DNA of 64,000 nucleotides, taken from Candidatus Campbellbacteria bacterium (GTDB taxonomy: Bacteria > Patescibacteriota > Minisyncoccia > Phycocordibacterales > JAXHMZ01). Both the position numbers and the translations under genes were made by a program. Below are positions 30,790-41,714 of the stretch, in pieces (positions within the stretch are counted from its first letter, which is position 1; each line of letters begins with the position of its first letter). The notes under the pieces are model-generated. The model saw only the letters and a list, made by a program, of their open reading frames with translations, did no database searches and was not told where the DNA came from. The stretch covers positions 15,921-79,920 of the forward strand of contig JAXHMZ010000001.1 in the NCBI GenBank assembly GCA_034521025.1, given 5' to 3'.

Positions 30790-31224
30790 TTATATTAGCA
30801 TTTTTGCTAGCTTAGGATCACAACCACCCCCGCCCGGATCTACTCCTCCTGGCGAAGTTGGTAAAGTTGGTGTTGGCGGCGGATCAGTAAATCCGGTTCC
30901 GCCTAAAATTGATTTTTGCAAAATGCTTACAATCCCCCATATGGATACCATCATAAAGAGAGCTATAACGCCCCAAAACATAATTCTTTTTCCTCTTTCG
31001 CTGGCATCTTCATCTCCGGCTTTAAAAATATAGATAACTAAACCGTAAAGAAAACCAACTAGACCCAATCCAACCATAAGCGGCACGAGGGCCTCTATAA
31101 TTTTTTGCATCGCTTCTATGAGGGTAAGTATTGTAGCGTTCTGAGCCTTGACCAATATCGGGAAGAAAAATAAAAAAAGAGTTGTAGATATAAAAATGTT
31201 TTTTTGTTCTATATTTTTTTTCAT
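30790..31224 (-). CDS. CPR pilin (VirB2/TrbC-like)
   Basis: Signal ending VKAQ, two TMs flanking AGDEDASERGKRIMFWGVIALF, Pro-rich tail. Confidence 0.8.
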   Translation of the reverse strand: MKKNIEQKNIFISTTLFLFFFPILVKAQNATILTLIEAMQKIIEALVPLMVGLGLVGFLYGLVIYIFKAGDEDASERGKRIMFWGVIALFMMVSIWGIVSILQKSILGGTGFTDPPPTPTLPTSPGGVDPGGGGCDPKLAKMLI

Positions 31225-31263
31225 AACTTATATTTTGAAAATACTAAATATAAAAATCATATT

Positions 31264-31509
31264 TTATATTGTACTTATACCAAACGTATTAAGGACGAGG
31301 TTAATTAAACTAACCGCCGCAACCATTATAAAGATACCAAGAATACCATACAACATATGCTTTTTTCCTTTCTCGCGAGCTTCATCATTTGAGCTATTGG
31401 CGACAAACTGAAGAAGACCCCAAGCAAACACTAGAGCCGCAAGCGCGAACAAAAGCACTATCAAGGGGTTGATAATAACTGCATTTAATCTAGCCACAAA
31501 TTCAGCCAT
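31264..31509 (-). CDS. CPR pilin (VirB2/TrbC-like)
   Basis: IINPLIVLLFALAALVFAWG...AREKGKKHMLYGILG. Confidence 0.8.
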   Translation of the reverse strand: MAEFVARLNAVIINPLIVLLFALAALVFAWGLLQFVANSSNDEAREKGKKHMLYGILGIFIMVAAVSLINLVLNTFGISTI

Positions 31510-31608
31510 GTTGACTATCATAATACCACAGAAACATAAAAACCGCCCTGTGAAGAACGGTTTTTATAACGATCTTGTAGTACACATCTTCTAAAGATGC
31601 ATATCTAC

Positions 31609-31962
31609 CTAATTACTCGGAGGCTGTGGAGGAGTAACAGAACCTCCGGTATTAATACCAAATGCACCACTTAGCACTTCGATAATACCCCAAACAGCTA
31701 CAGCAGCAAACAAACCAACGATTCCGGCTATCATGATTCTACGACCATCCGCTTGGCTTTCTTCATTCCCTGCTGCAAAGATGTATTTTACAAGACCATA
31801 AAGAAACGCAACCAAAGCAACTCCGACTAGTAGAGGTACTAGGGCGTTGACTATATCCTGAATACTACCAACAAGAGTGTCAAACCAAACGAGTTCTTGT
31901 GCGTGTGCCACAGAAGGCGCAACAAGAAGTACAGGCGCTATTAGTTTTAAAAACTTTTTCAT
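31609..31962 (-). CDS. CPR pilin (VirB2/TrbC-like)
   Basis: Signal ending AHAQ; FLYGLVKYIFAAGNEESQADGRRIMIAGIVGLF. Confidence 0.8.
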   Translation of the reverse strand: MKKFLKLIAPVLLVAPSVAHAQELVWFDTLVGSIQDIVNALVPLLVGVALVAFLYGLVKYIFAAGNEESQADGRRIMIAGIVGLFAAVAVWGIIEVLSGAFGINTGGSVTPPQPPSN

Positions 31963-32087
31963 TTTAAGATGTTTTCTATCTAAACTATTAATGTTAATTG
32001 TACAAAAACGACCTCTGTTCAGTACTGTAGAAATACTACCAAATAAAGCTCTGTTTTTCTACGCAACCTGTGGATTATTCAAACAAG

Positions 32088-32393
32088 CTAAACACTCAAA
32101 AAGGTGTTGGTAAGTATAGTCACAATGCCCCAGAAAGAGACAACCATAAATAGAGCTATGATGCCCCAGAACATTATACGCTTGCCTTCTTCCAAATTGT
32201 CGCTACTGCCTAGGGAAAATACAAATCTGGCTAGCCCATAAAGGAACATGAGAAGAATAAGGGCTATGACCAGAGTAAACAAAGGATCAATAATACTAAT
32301 AAGCAAATCGACAAGCTGAGCAAATGTTGTTGGCTGGGCAAAGACAAGGTTTGGGAATAGCAGTATTGTCGTGATGAATAGAGATCTCTTCAT
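32088..32393 (-). CDS. CPR pilin (VirB2/TrbC-like)
   Basis: Signal ending VFAQ; FLYGLARFVFSLG...EEGKRIMFWGIIALF. Confidence 0.8.
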   Translation of the reverse strand: MKRSLFITTILLFPNLVFAQPTTFAQLVDLLISIIDPLFTLVIALILLMFLYGLARFVFSLGSSDNLEEGKRIMFWGIIALFMVVSFWGIVTILTNTFLSV

Positions 32394-32402
32394 ATAAATG
32401 TC

Positions 32403-32717
32403 TTACTTTAATGATTCAATGGTACCTTGAATAAGCTGTGATATGGCTTCGGCTCCCAAAAGTATAAGCGCACCCAAAAGGGCATAAGTGATAGCTCTTT
32501 TGGCTTTATCAAGTTTCTCTGTATTGCCTTGGGCGGTGACAAAAAGGAAACCGGCGTATATCACTGAAAGCACCACGATCGGAGTAGCAAGCAGAATGAG
32601 CGCTTCAATAATTATATTTAAAAGCGAAAGCAGGGTCTCATCGCCAAGAGGATTACCTATATTGATATCAGATTGGGCTAATAAGTATTCTTTATAATTT
32701 TGCCACCATTCCTTCAT
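32403..32717 (-). CDS. CPR pilin (VirB2/TrbC-like)
   Basis: NPLG...IYAGFLFVTAQGNTEKLDKAKRAITYALLG. Confidence 0.85.
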   Translation of the reverse strand: MKEWWQNYKEYLLAQSDINIGNPLGDETLLSLLNIIIEALILLATPIVVLSVIYAGFLFVTAQGNTEKLDKAKRAITYALLGALILLGAEAISQLIQGTIESLK

Positions 32718-32765
32718 ATGTTTTGTATTTGACGCTACTCTATTTGTGCTTAAATGTAAATTAAA

Positions 32766-33218
32766 TTACCCACCATAATCCTCTAAGAACTGATTGAAAT
32801 TGGTTTCCACGCCAAGTGCAGAGACAATTACCTGTACCAAAAGGTAGGCTCCAAAGACCAGCACTAAGCCGATGGCGACGTTGGTAAAGATCTTTTTGGC
32901 AGCTTCTGTTTGAGAAGTATCCCCCGCGGCTGTAGCATACCTGAATCCCGCCCAAGCAAAGAAAACCGTCGCTAGAGATAAAGAAAAGACCAAGAGAAAT
33001 CCCATTATGTTGGCAATTAATTGCAAGAAATCATCAAAACCGCATTCCGTGGCGGCATCTTCTCCCGTACAGGCTTCGGGTACAAGCGTAAAATCTTTTT
33101 TCTCTACCTCTGTACTGCCCACCGGTTCAATTGTCTCCTGCGCGAAAAGACTATCTGTAGGCAAAAACATTCCCAAAACTAAAGATAGAATTAAAAAGGA
33201 TTTTAGAAAATTAGCCAT
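32766..33218 (-). CDS. CPR pilin (VirB2/TrbC-like) with Cys pair
   Basis: LVPEAC...ECGFDDF, WAGFRYATAAGDTSQTEAAKKIFTNVAIG. Confidence 0.85.
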   Translation of the reverse strand: MANFLKSFLILSLVLGMFLPTDSLFAQETIEPVGSTEVEKKDFTLVPEACTGEDAATECGFDDFLQLIANIMGFLLVFSLSLATVFFAWAGFRYATAAGDTSQTEAAKKIFTNVAIGLVLVFGAYLLVQVIVSALGVETNFNQFLEDYGG

Positions 33219-33220
33219 AA

Positions 33221-34510
33221 TTATCTACCAAACATATTATTTATCTCTCGAGACAAGCGATCCAAGGCTGATTTTGCGTCTCTCGCGTTAGATCGTACCG
33301 ACTCCACCATTCTCTTGAATGCCCGATACGTTTCTCTGCGATCGGGATCAAACCAAGTCTTGGTTATAAGAGTTGAGTCAACGAACACGCGCGAAGATGC
33401 CTTTGTTGGATCTTCGGCAAGGAGAGAGTTATGAACGGATGGCAGCCCGGTGCGCTCGTCTAGAAGCTCTAAACCGGACTGACTCGATAGAGCGTAAAGG
33501 GCGTTAAACGCGACATCTGTATTATCTGAGTTGCGTATCACCGCAAATCCATACAAATCACCAAAAGTTACCCTCCTTGAGCTCGACTGCACTTGCGGCA
33601 TCATAGAAACCCCAAAAGAAAGATTGGGGTTGGCATCGATTAGCTCGCTCTCCTCTGAGGCAAAGCCAAAGTACAACGCAAGATCTTCGGCTAGGAAAGA
33701 TTCGCGAGAAGAAGGTAGAGATGAGTTCCACGTATAGGCACCTCTCTCCGGATTGGCAAATTCGGTATAGAAATTAAGTGCTTCCGAAGGTGGTAAAGAA
33801 AGTTCATCTGTTACTTGTGAAAATGAAGCCCGGTGACTGCCTTCGCTTCCGGTAACTATAGGAGATCCGGACTGCATCAAAAGTAACGAAAGAATATCTT
33901 TTGCGTTCGTTATGTTGTCATACGTACCTAGAGATACGGCGCTCCGAGAAATATCGAGAAAGCCATCGGTCTGAGTAATTCGTTCGCTAAAATCACGCAT
34001 TTCATCCCAATAACTAGGCGGAGAAGAAATAAGCTCAGAAGACAATATAGAACGATTCCAGTACATAACCATTGGGTCCACTACGGCGGGCAGGGCATAG
34101 AATCCATCGGCGCCTTCAAAGATCTCCGCAGCCTGTATATAGGTGTCGTAATAATCAGAAGCGCTATAATTTTCAAACGGTATTTTATATACCCGGTTGC
34201 GGTGCTCGTATATTGAGTCGTGTTTGAGCAGGATCAGATCCGGCCCATTACCGTCGGCCAGTGCCTCAACAAGAGTCTGGTCAAAATTCTCGGGGCGAAT
34301 TTCCCTATAATTTATTTTTTCCAAATAAGGATCATCTATTTCGTTTTCGTCGAGATAGGTAAAGTACTCAGCCGGCAATGAGCCCCACATATCAATTTCA
34401 GGAATATTTCTATCGCTATTAAAGGTTTGGTAAAGAGCAAAGCTGGCCACACCAACAACAGCTCCGATACCAAAAATGAATAATAAGATTGTCTGAAAAC
34501 TGTTTTTCAT
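33221..34510 (-). CDS. Extracellular solute-binding protein family 1-like
   Basis: N-terminal anchor; ALADGNGPDL, YALPAVVDPMVMYWNR and FLAEDLALYFGFASE. Confidence 0.8.
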   Translation of the reverse strand: MKNSFQTILLFIFGIGAVVGVASFALYQTFNSDRNIPEIDMWGSLPAEYFTYLDENEIDDPYLEKINYREIRPENFDQTLVEALADGNGPDLILLKHDSIYEHRNRVYKIPFENYSASDYYDTYIQAAEIFEGADGFYALPAVVDPMVMYWNRSILSSELISSPPSYWDEMRDFSERITQTDGFLDISRSAVSLGTYDNITNAKDILSLLLMQSGSPIVTGSEGSHRASFSQVTDELSLPPSEALNFYTEFANPERGAYTWNSSLPSSRESFLAEDLALYFGFASEESELIDANPNLSFGVSMMPQVQSSSRRVTFGDLYGFAVIRNSDNTDVAFNALYALSSQSGLELLDERTGLPSVHNSLLAEDPTKASSRVFVDSTLITKTWFDPDRRETYRAFKRMVESVRSNARDAKSALDRLSREINNMFGR

Positions 34511-34514
34511 CTAT

Positions 34515-35045
34515 TTATTTCTTAATGAATATAAGACCATAATGGTGCGCGCCCGCGCTAATTTCTTTTTCAAACTTAAAACCTACCTCTGTAGCAATAT
34601 TCTTTACTTCCTCAGCCGAAACAACATTTTCTGGCGGTGGTCCCATCCCCCTAAAAGATTCACTCCAGTCTATCACCAACAACCGACCTTCCGGCTTTAA
34701 TATGCGAAATGCTTCTTTTAAAAAAGCGGGTCTGTCGTCAGTCTGGAAAAGGACATTTGATGCTACTGCTGAATCGAGCGAGCTATCATCTAGCTCAATT
34801 CCCTTTTCACGCTCTATGTCAGCTACTAACGGAGCTATATTGGTATATCCTTCTTTTGTCGCGCGTGTTGATAATTCCTTAAGAATATCCTTTTGTATAT
34901 CAACAGCATAAACTGCGCCGGGCAAACCGACTGCTTCGGCTAATACAAATGTATGCGCCCCGGAACCTGCTCCCAGATCAGCTACCTCGTCACCTTCTTT
35001 CGGACCTAGTTGCTGAATATTGTACTCAGGATCTGAAAAATACAT
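34515..35045 (-). CDS. Class I SAM-dependent methyltransferase
   Basis: VADLGAGSG, VYAVDIQ and RILKPEGRLLVIDW. Confidence 0.9.
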   Translation of the reverse strand: MYFSDPEYNIQQLGPKEGDEVADLGAGSGAHTFVLAEAVGLPGAVYAVDIQKDILKELSTRATKEGYTNIAPLVADIEREKGIELDDSSLDSAVASNVLFQTDDRPAFLKEAFRILKPEGRLLVIDWSESFRGMGPPPENVVSAEEVKNIATEVGFKFEKEISAGAHHYGLIFIKK

Positions 35046-35107
35046 TATCTTCAGTATAGCGTATTTTAATTATAAATGAGTCAACAAAATGTGGAGAAAA
35101 TACCGCG

Positions 35108-37567
35108 TTAAAGCGCCACCACGGAAGCCACCGAATCTTGAGCACGCAATTTCATAAGACGCACTCCCTGAGTTTGGCGTCCGAGTCTAGGAATATCGTC
35201 AGAAGCCATCCTTATTACCTGGCTCTTCTTCGATATGGCCACTACTTCCTCAGTTTCTTCGTCGAGAATTTTAGCGGACACTAATTTACCGGTTTTGCTA
35301 TTGAGCTTTACGGTTTTAATTCCGGAACCGCCTCTTTTTTGAATTTTGTATTCATCAACCGGAGTTTGTTTCCCATATCCGTTCTCACTAACAACGAACA
35401 CATTCGCCCCTTTTGTGTTTTTGCTAATGACCCCGGACCCTACGACATGATCATCTTTGCCAAGCTTGATCCCGCGGACACCGCCGGCCGCGCGTCCCAT
35501 CTCTCGAATGTCAGACTCCTTGAACCTTATAGCCTGTCCTTCTTTAGTAGCCACCATTACGCTTTCTCCAGACTCTACAAAACCAGTCGCGATAAGTCGA
35601 TCCGTAGCTCCCAATTTTATAGCTAAGATCCCCGAGCGCCTCACATCATGAAAGCTCTCCGCGTTAACCTTTTTAATAACACCTTCTCGAGTAACCATCA
35701 TAACCGAGCAATCACTCGCCTTCACGTCTTTGTGCATAGCCAACACGCTGGTTACGTGCTCTCCGTGTTCCAAAGAAAGGAAATTCATAACTGACTTACC
35801 TTTGGTAGCGCGCTTGCCTTCGGGCAGATCATACATTTTCATTTGATAAACCTTTCCGGCGTCAGTAAAGAAGAGCAGGTCTGAGTGTAGATTGGTCGTG
35901 ATAAAGGTCTGAACAAAGTCTTCTTCTTTTGTATTCATATCAACGACACCAACTCCGCCTCGTTTCTGACGTTTGAATTCGTCCGGAGAGGATCGTTTTA
36001 TATAACCACCGGAAGTAAGCACCAAGACGTTTTCATCATCCGGCACCAAGTCTTCTACCGAGAGATCTTTTAGTTCTCCCTTGATGATCTTAGTACGACG
36101 TTCATCACCGTATTTATCGGCTATTTCTTTGGTTTCATCTTTTATAACTCCCTTGATCTTCTTCGGACTTTCAAGAAGGGCGCGTAATTCCTTGATGAGT
36201 TTTTGCACGCTCTTCAGTTCGTCTTCGATTTTTTGTCTTTCCAATCCAGCCAAGCGCTGCAGTTGCATAGCGAGGATAGCTTCAGTCTGTCTGTCGGAGA
36301 ACTTGAATTTCTTTATAAGGTTGCTTTTCGCGACATCGCGATCCTTGGATTTTTTAATTATCTGGATTATTTCATCAATATGATCCAGAGCTTTTTTCAG
36401 TCCCAAAAGTATATGCTCTCTTTCCAGAGCTCGATCCAGATCATATTGAGTACGCCGTACGATGACCTGACGACGATGCTCTATGAATTCTTCGAGAATG
36501 GTCTTCAAAGAAAGCGTCTGCGGAACCCCATCTACCAGAGCGACTATATTGAAGTGGAAGGTGTCTTCCAATTGTGTATGTTTGTAGAGATAGTTAAGAA
36601 CTTTTTGCGGATGAGCGCCGCCTTTGAGTTCAACTACGATCCTGGTGTCATCCCAATCCGTAGATTCATCACGCAGTCCCTTTATTCCCTCAAGTTTCTT
36701 ATCACGAACAAGATCGGCTATTTTTATGACCAAATTAGCTCTATTCACCCGATACGGAATCGAGGTAATAACTATTTGAAAATTCCCCTTTTTGTCTTCA
36801 ACTATTTCCGCTTCTCCTCTAGTGACAACACCACCACGACCATTCGCGTAAGCTTGTTTTATATCTTTAAAATTGAACGCTATTGCTCCGGTTGGATAAT
36901 CGGGACCCTTAACAAACTGCAATAGATCTTCAGTTGTGGCCTTAGGATTATCTACAAGATGCAAAATAGCGTCGGAAATTTCACGCAAATTGTGCGGAGG
37001 TATATTCGTTGCCATTCCCACGGCGATACCGAGAGTTCCGTTTAATAGAAGGTTTGGCACAGCGGAAGGAAGTAGAGACGGTTCACGGCGCGTACCTTCA
37101 TAGTTTGGCCTCCAATCTACAGTATCCTTTCCAATATCACGGATCAGTTCTTGGGCAATTTTTGACATTTTTGCCTCGGTATATCTGGACGCCGCCGGCG
37201 GATCTCCATCAATAGAACCAAAGTTACCTTGGCTCACTATCAAGGGATAACGCATACTAAAAGGCTGGCTTAAGTTGACCATAGCGTCATAAACAGCCAT
37301 ATCACCGTGCGGGTGATAGTTACCGGTGACGTCACCGGTGATTTTCGCGGACTTACGAGTTTTACCGCCAGGGTTAAGCCCTAGTTCATGCATTGTGTAT
37401 ACAATACGGCGATGAACCGGCTTTAGACCGTCACGCACGTCCGGCAAAGCCCTCGAGACTATCACCGACATAGCGTAGTCGAGGTATGACTCTTTCATTT
37501 CGGCAATGATCTTTCGAGAAATTATGCCTTTCTTGTTTTCTTTATTTTCTTCGTTTTTCTCGGTCAT
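35108..37567 (-). CDS. gyrA: DNA gyrase subunit A
   Basis: [39 protein letters not shown] and GyrA-box QKRGGVG. Confidence 0.98.
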   Translation of the reverse strand: MTEKNEENKENKKGIISRKIIAEMKESYLDYAMSVIVSRALPDVRDGLKPVHRRIVYTMHELGLNPGGKTRKSAKITGDVTGNYHPHGDMAVYDAMVNLSQPFSMRYPLIVSQGNFGSIDGDPPAASRYTEAKMSKIAQELIRDIGKDTVDWRPNYEGTRREPSLLPSAVPNLLLNGTLGIAVGMATNIPPHNLREISDAILHLVDNPKATTEDLLQFVKGPDYPTGAIAFNFKDIKQAYANGRGGVVTRGEAEIVEDKKGNFQIVITSIPYRVNRANLVIKIADLVRDKKLEGIKGLRDESTDWDDTRIVVELKGGAHPQKVLNYLYKHTQLEDTFHFNIVALVDGVPQTLSLKTILEEFIEHRRQVIVRRTQYDLDRALEREHILLGLKKALDHIDEIIQIIKKSKDRDVAKSNLIKKFKFSDRQTEAILAMQLQRLAGLERQKIEDELKSVQKLIKELRALLESPKKIKGVIKDETKEIADKYGDERRTKIIKGELKDLSVEDLVPDDENVLVLTSGGYIKRSSPDEFKRQKRGGVGVVDMNTKEEDFVQTFITTNLHSDLLFFTDAGKVYQMKMYDLPEGKRATKGKSVMNFLSLEHGEHVTSVLAMHKDVKASDCSVMMVTREGVIKKVNAESFHDVRRSGILAIKLGATDRLIATGFVESGESVMVATKEGQAIRFKESDIREMGRAAGGVRGIKLGKDDHVVGSGVISKNTKGANVFVVSENGYGKQTPVDEYKIQKRGGSGIKTVKLNSKTGKLVSAKILDEETEEVVAISKKSQVIRMASDDIPRLGRQTQGVRLMKLRAQDSVASVVAL

Positions 37568-37588
37568 AGGACTTCGGATTATATCATT

Positions 37589-38122
37589 TTATTCCGCGGG
37601 CGGAACTTGCTCTTCACTTTCAGTGTCTTCTTCTGATGAGTTAGTGCTATCAGAATCAGAAGAGCTTTCTTCGTTATTTTCTTCATTTTCGCTTACTTCG
37701 ACTTCCTCTTCATCGCTATCCTCACTCTCTTGATAAACTTCCCCGCTTTCCTCATCGATCTTCAGCGACCCTCCTCCTTCCAAGTTTCCTCGCGAGCCAC
37801 TTTCTTTTACTTCAGTACTTAAGTCTTCCTCTGAGTTCGCTTCTCTAAATACTTTTATAAGCTCATTTATGCTGGTATTCAGCTCGCCTACGCCTTGCTT
37901 TAGATCTTTTCTCACAACATCAAAATCTTGACCAAGCGCCTTGAACGGAGTAATAGAGTCCGCTTGGCTAGTATCTTCGCTATTTAGATCAATAGTTCTA
38001 GGAAGAACAGCTGTGGCCCAAACTAATCCCACAATACTTGTGAGGGCTAAAGAAGACAGAAAAGTTATGCGCATTCTCTCGCCACGGCTCTTTTTTCTTA
38101 TCTTTTTGATCCTCTCTAACAT
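37589..38122 (-). CDS. Hypothetical membrane-anchored protein with acidic tail
   Basis: Basic N-terminus, one TM, E/S-rich C-terminus. Confidence 0.65.
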   Translation of the reverse strand: MLERIKKIRKKSRGERMRITFLSSLALTSIVGLVWATAVLPRTIDLNSEDTSQADSITPFKALGQDFDVVRKDLKQGVGELNTSINELIKVFREANSEEDLSTEVKESGSRGNLEGGGSLKIDEESGEVYQESEDSDEEEVEVSENEENNEESSSDSDSTNSSEEDTESEEQVPPAE

Positions 38123-38130
38123 AATCAGAC

Positions 38131-38757
38131 TTATACTTGAGATGAAAGTACAACGATATCTCCCTCTCTCTCATCTAGTTCTTTCTTTTTGATAGTGAGT
38201 TTGTCTTGCGGCTTTTCTCCTGTTTCTCCTTCCTCACTAACAAATGACTTTAGAGTGTCTTTGTCATAGAGCATAGGGATAATAATACTCGCTTCAAATT
38301 TCAAGGAAAGTTTGTACGCCTCATTTGGAGAAAGCGCTCCACTGCCTCCTACTGGAATAAAAAGAATGTCGGGGTCTCCCAAGCCCTCTCTTACTTCCGA
38401 ACTTATTTCCCCTTCGGATAATGCACCTAAGAAGACCAAGTTCATATCTTCAAGAGTTATGGAATACACGGTATTGTTTGCTTTTTTACCTCCATACTCC
38501 GTCGGAGTTAAATATCCCTTGGCGAAAATTCCCTGTACTTCATACTCGCCAGGACCGGAAATAACAAATGGATCCTTTCCTTTAAGCGAAGCATTTTCCC
38601 GGCCATCCATATCCGGATGAAAGTTTGAGATAAAGCAGATGTCTGAACCAAATTTTGATTGTTTTAGTTCTGACTTTTTAGAAATAGGATTGAGCGCGAG
38701 CGTCACATCCCCAAACTGCACCTTGAAATACGAGGCTCCATAATACGATATTACCAT
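38131..38757 (-). CDS. MBL-fold metallo-hydrolase-like protein
   Basis: MVISYYGASYFKV, ISGPGEYEVQG, DILFIPVGG and IIIPM; metal ligands look partly degenerate. Confidence 0.8.
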   Translation of the reverse strand: MVISYYGASYFKVQFGDVTLALNPISKKSELKQSKFGSDICFISNFHPDMDGRENASLKGKDPFVISGPGEYEVQGIFAKGYLTPTEYGGKKANNTVYSITLEDMNLVFLGALSEGEISSEVREGLGDPDILFIPVGGSGALSPNEAYKLSLKFEASIIIPMLYDKDTLKSFVSEEGETGEKPQDKLTIKKKELDEREGDIVVLSSQV

Positions 38758-39039
38758 TACCTCATTATATCGCATTTACCGTTCATATTCAAACAAAGAA
38801 ATAGCAAATTTTAGCTTAACTAAACGCCAAAACCCTATATATAAAGACTTATAACAAAACCAGATTGGCCGTACTTGACTGTTTACAAAACGCTTTTTTT
38901 AACTATACTGTAACGGAACTTTGAGTTTCTACTTAAAGTTAAATTATCAGTCGTAATTTCTCTGATAACACTTTTTCCCTACAGATAAAGAAAGAAAAAT
39001 ACCGCGCGAAACCGAAAAAGAACAGAGAAAAAAATATAA

Positions 39040-40317
39040 ATGACAACAACAGAAGAAACGTCAGTAGACACTGACACAAAAGAGACGACCAACGGCGTCG
39101 ATAGGTCTGATTTGGACATGAGCGCCGAGGAAAATCAAAGAATAGTTGATGAAATAGCCCAAAAAGCGACATCGGAAGGCAGTGATCTTATGGAAGCTTT
39201 GATCGCCGAAACCCCGACACCGCCGGAAGTAGGCGATCTTGTAGAAGGACCGGTGGTTGGAATCGAAAAATCAAGAGTTTATGTTGATCTGCATCCGTTT
39301 GGAACCGGCGTGATATACGGTCGTGAGTTCAACAATGCTCGCGATATGATCAGAAACATTGGAATCGGTGACTCGATCGCCGCCAAAGTACTGGAAAACG
39401 GAGCCGAGCATGGCTACATAGAGCTTTCTCTACGAGAAGCGAGACAAGCACTGATCTGGGCTGAGGTTGAGGAGCATATTCGTAACAAAACCATACTCGA
39501 GCTACCAATTAGTGACGCCAATAAAGGTGGACTTATTATTGAATGGAAAGGTATACAAGGATTTTTGCCCGCCTCACAACTTTCAAGCGACCACTATCCT
39601 CGTGTTGAAGACGGTGACAAACAAAAAATATTAGATGAACTCAAACGCCTTGTCGGTGAGAGACTGCCGGTCTCAATTCTTACGGCAAGCCCGAAAGAAG
39701 GTAAATTGATATTCACCGAGAAAAAACAAGATACGCAAGAGAAAACTGAGATACTCGAAGGATATGAAGTAGGCGAGATCGTCGAAGGAGAAGTATCCGG
39801 AATGGTTGATTTTGGCATTTTTGTAAAATTGGAAGAGGGGCTCGAAGGTCTGGTCCACATCTCTGAGATCGATTGGTCTCTGGTAGAAGATCCACGAGAG
39901 CTTTATTCGATCGGTGACAAAGTACGCGTACAAGTGATCGAGATCAAAGACGGCAAGATCTCTCTTTCTATTAAGGCACTTAAAGAGAATCCGTGGATAG
40001 AGGCCGAGAAAAAATACAGTAAAGGAGATACCGTTGAAGGCGTGGTTATCAAATACAACCGCCACGGCGCTCTGGCCTCTATTGAAGAAGGCATTGCCGG
40101 ACTTGTGCACGTCTCTGAATTCGAATCTGAAGAAGAACTGCGCAATACTCTGGAATTAGGTAAAAGCTATCCGTTTACCATTACCCTGTTCGATGCCAAA
40201 GAACAGCGAATGGCTCTTTCCCATAAGGGACCGGGAGAAACAACCGAAACAGAGGAAGCTCAAAACAAAAACATCGCAGAAACAAAAGAAGACAGCGAAG
40301 ATAGCGATAGTGAATAA
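39040..40317 (+). CDS. rpsA: 30S ribosomal protein bS1
   Basis: Four S1 domains (NKGGL...QGFLPASQL, DFGIFV...EGLVHISEI, GLVHVSE). Confidence 0.92.
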   Translation: MTTTEETSVDTDTKETTNGVDRSDLDMSAEENQRIVDEIAQKATSEGSDLMEALIAETPTPPEVGDLVEGPVVGIEKSRVYVDLHPFGTGVIYGREFNNARDMIRNIGIGDSIAAKVLENGAEHGYIELSLREARQALIWAEVEEHIRNKTILELPISDANKGGLIIEWKGIQGFLPASQLSSDHYPRVEDGDKQKILDELKRLVGERLPVSILTASPKEGKLIFTEKKQDTQEKTEILEGYEVGEIVEGEVSGMVDFGIFVKLEEGLEGLVHISEIDWSLVEDPRELYSIGDKVRVQVIEIKDGKISLSIKALKENPWIEAEKKYSKGDTVEGVVIKYNRHGALASIEEGIAGLVHVSEFESEEELRNTLELGKSYPFTITLFDAKEQRMALSHKGPGETTETEEAQNKNIAETKEDSEDSDSE

Positions 40318-40379
40318 AACCCACAATACAAAAACCGCCACTAAGGCGGTTTCTGTATTTAATACCTAGTTTAAGCCAT

Positions 40380-40415
40380 TTTAAATGCTTCAATCTATAG
40401 ATTGAAGCATTTAAA
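40380..40415. repeat. Perfect 36-bp palindrome sharing a 32-bp core with 11401-11442
   Basis: tttaaatgcttcaatcta|tagattgaagcatttaaa. Confidence 0.9.
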
Positions 40416-40416
40416 T

Positions 40417-41010
40417 TTAATTAAAACGATTCATTGTCTCCGTAAGCCCATATATCTCAAGGGATCTTATGACCTTCCAGACAAGAGAAGGAAGCTTTTC
40501 TACCTTTTCTCTCTCTTCTGGTGAAAATCTCCCTAGAACATAATCTCTAACGATCTCTTTTGGCGGCTTATTCTTTTCACCGCCTTCATCTACCGGACAC
40601 ACACCCAAACGGATACGGATAAAGTCTCGAGTATGCAGATGATCTACGATCGATCTTAGCCCCTTGTGACCACCATCACCTCTGTCTTTGGAAATTCTTA
40701 CGCTTCCTACGGGGAGATCTATGTCGTCATACATAACGACAACTTCTCCCGAAGATACATCAAATCTTTTGACCAATTCTCTCACCGCTTCCCCCGAGCG
40801 GTTCATAAAAGTCTCCGGCAAAGCAAACCTTGAAACATGATCGTCATCGACTTTTGCCTCCGTTAGGTAGGCGTTCGCGTATTTATCAAATTCCCAGTTA
40901 TTAAAATTATTTTCTTCGGAAATATCAAGCAATAGATCGCGTCCGATATTATGACGCGTGCTTGCGTATTTTCTTCCCGGATTTCCAAGTCCAAATATTA
41001 ACATTTGCAA
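40417..41010 (-). CDS. pth: Peptidyl-tRNA hydrolase
   Basis: GLGNPGRKYASTRHNIG, PETFMNRSG, YDDIDLP, GGHKGLRSI and YVLGRF. Confidence 0.97.
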   Translation of the reverse strand: MQMLIFGLGNPGRKYASTRHNIGRDLLLDISEENNFNNWEFDKYANAYLTEAKVDDDHVSRFALPETFMNRSGEAVRELVKRFDVSSGEVVVMYDDIDLPVGSVRISKDRGDGGHKGLRSIVDHLHTRDFIRIRLGVCPVDEGGEKNKPPKEIVRDYVLGRFSPEEREKVEKLPSLVWKVIRSLEIYGLTETMNRFN

Positions 41011-41058
41011 AATAAAAATTAGCTTGTGTCAAGCGATACTCTGTAATACAATACTAGC

Positions 41059-41712
41059 ATGAATGAAGCTCCTGATGATAGGGAAAACGAGGCTGTCGAC
41101 GAGAGTTCTTTCGATACAGACGAAGAAGATCACCGCGAAGAAGTAAGAGGCGGTGGAACTTCTTTTATTGGCGATCTCCTTCGTTTCTCCTTGTTATCTA
41201 TTATTATTGTAGTTCCTATACGCCTGTTTATCGCCTCTCCTTTTGTGGTAAACGGCTCTTCCATGGACCCCACCTTTCACACGGGTGAGTATCTAATAGT
41301 TGACCAACTGTCTTATCAATTCTCTGAGCCAGAGAGAGGAGATGTTGTTATTTTTCATTTTCCTCAAAATCCTTCTCAGTTTTTCATCAAAAGAGTTATT
41401 GGACTCCCCGGTGAGACAGTAGTATTAGAAGGCAACAAGGTAAAAATAATCAACACCGAACACCCGAATGGATTTTATTTGGACCAATCTTTTTTAACTC
41501 ATAAATCACCGAAAGAAGAGGAGGAAATATTTAAACTGAGAGAAGATGAATACGTGGTCTTGGGTGACAACAGGACGGCTAGTTCTGATTCACGAGTATG
41601 GGGCACTGTAGACGAGAGATTGATAGTAGGAAGAGCTCTTCTGCGACTATTCCCTCTTTCTACGGTCGGTTATATGCCTGGAGATATAGATTTGCAAGAT
41701 CAACAACAATAA
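41059..41712 (+). CDS. lepB: Signal peptidase I
   Basis: GSSMDPT, RGDVVIF, IKRVIGLPGE and LGDNRTASSDSR. Confidence 0.97.
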   Translation: MNEAPDDRENEAVDESSFDTDEEDHREEVRGGGTSFIGDLLRFSLLSIIIVVPIRLFIASPFVVNGSSMDPTFHTGEYLIVDQLSYQFSEPERGDVVIFHFPQNPSQFFIKRVIGLPGETVVLEGNKVKIINTEHPNGFYLDQSFLTHKSPKEEEEIFKLREDEYVVLGDNRTASSDSRVWGTVDERLIVGRALLRLFPLSTVGYMPGDIDLQDQQQ

Positions 41713-41714
41713 AT

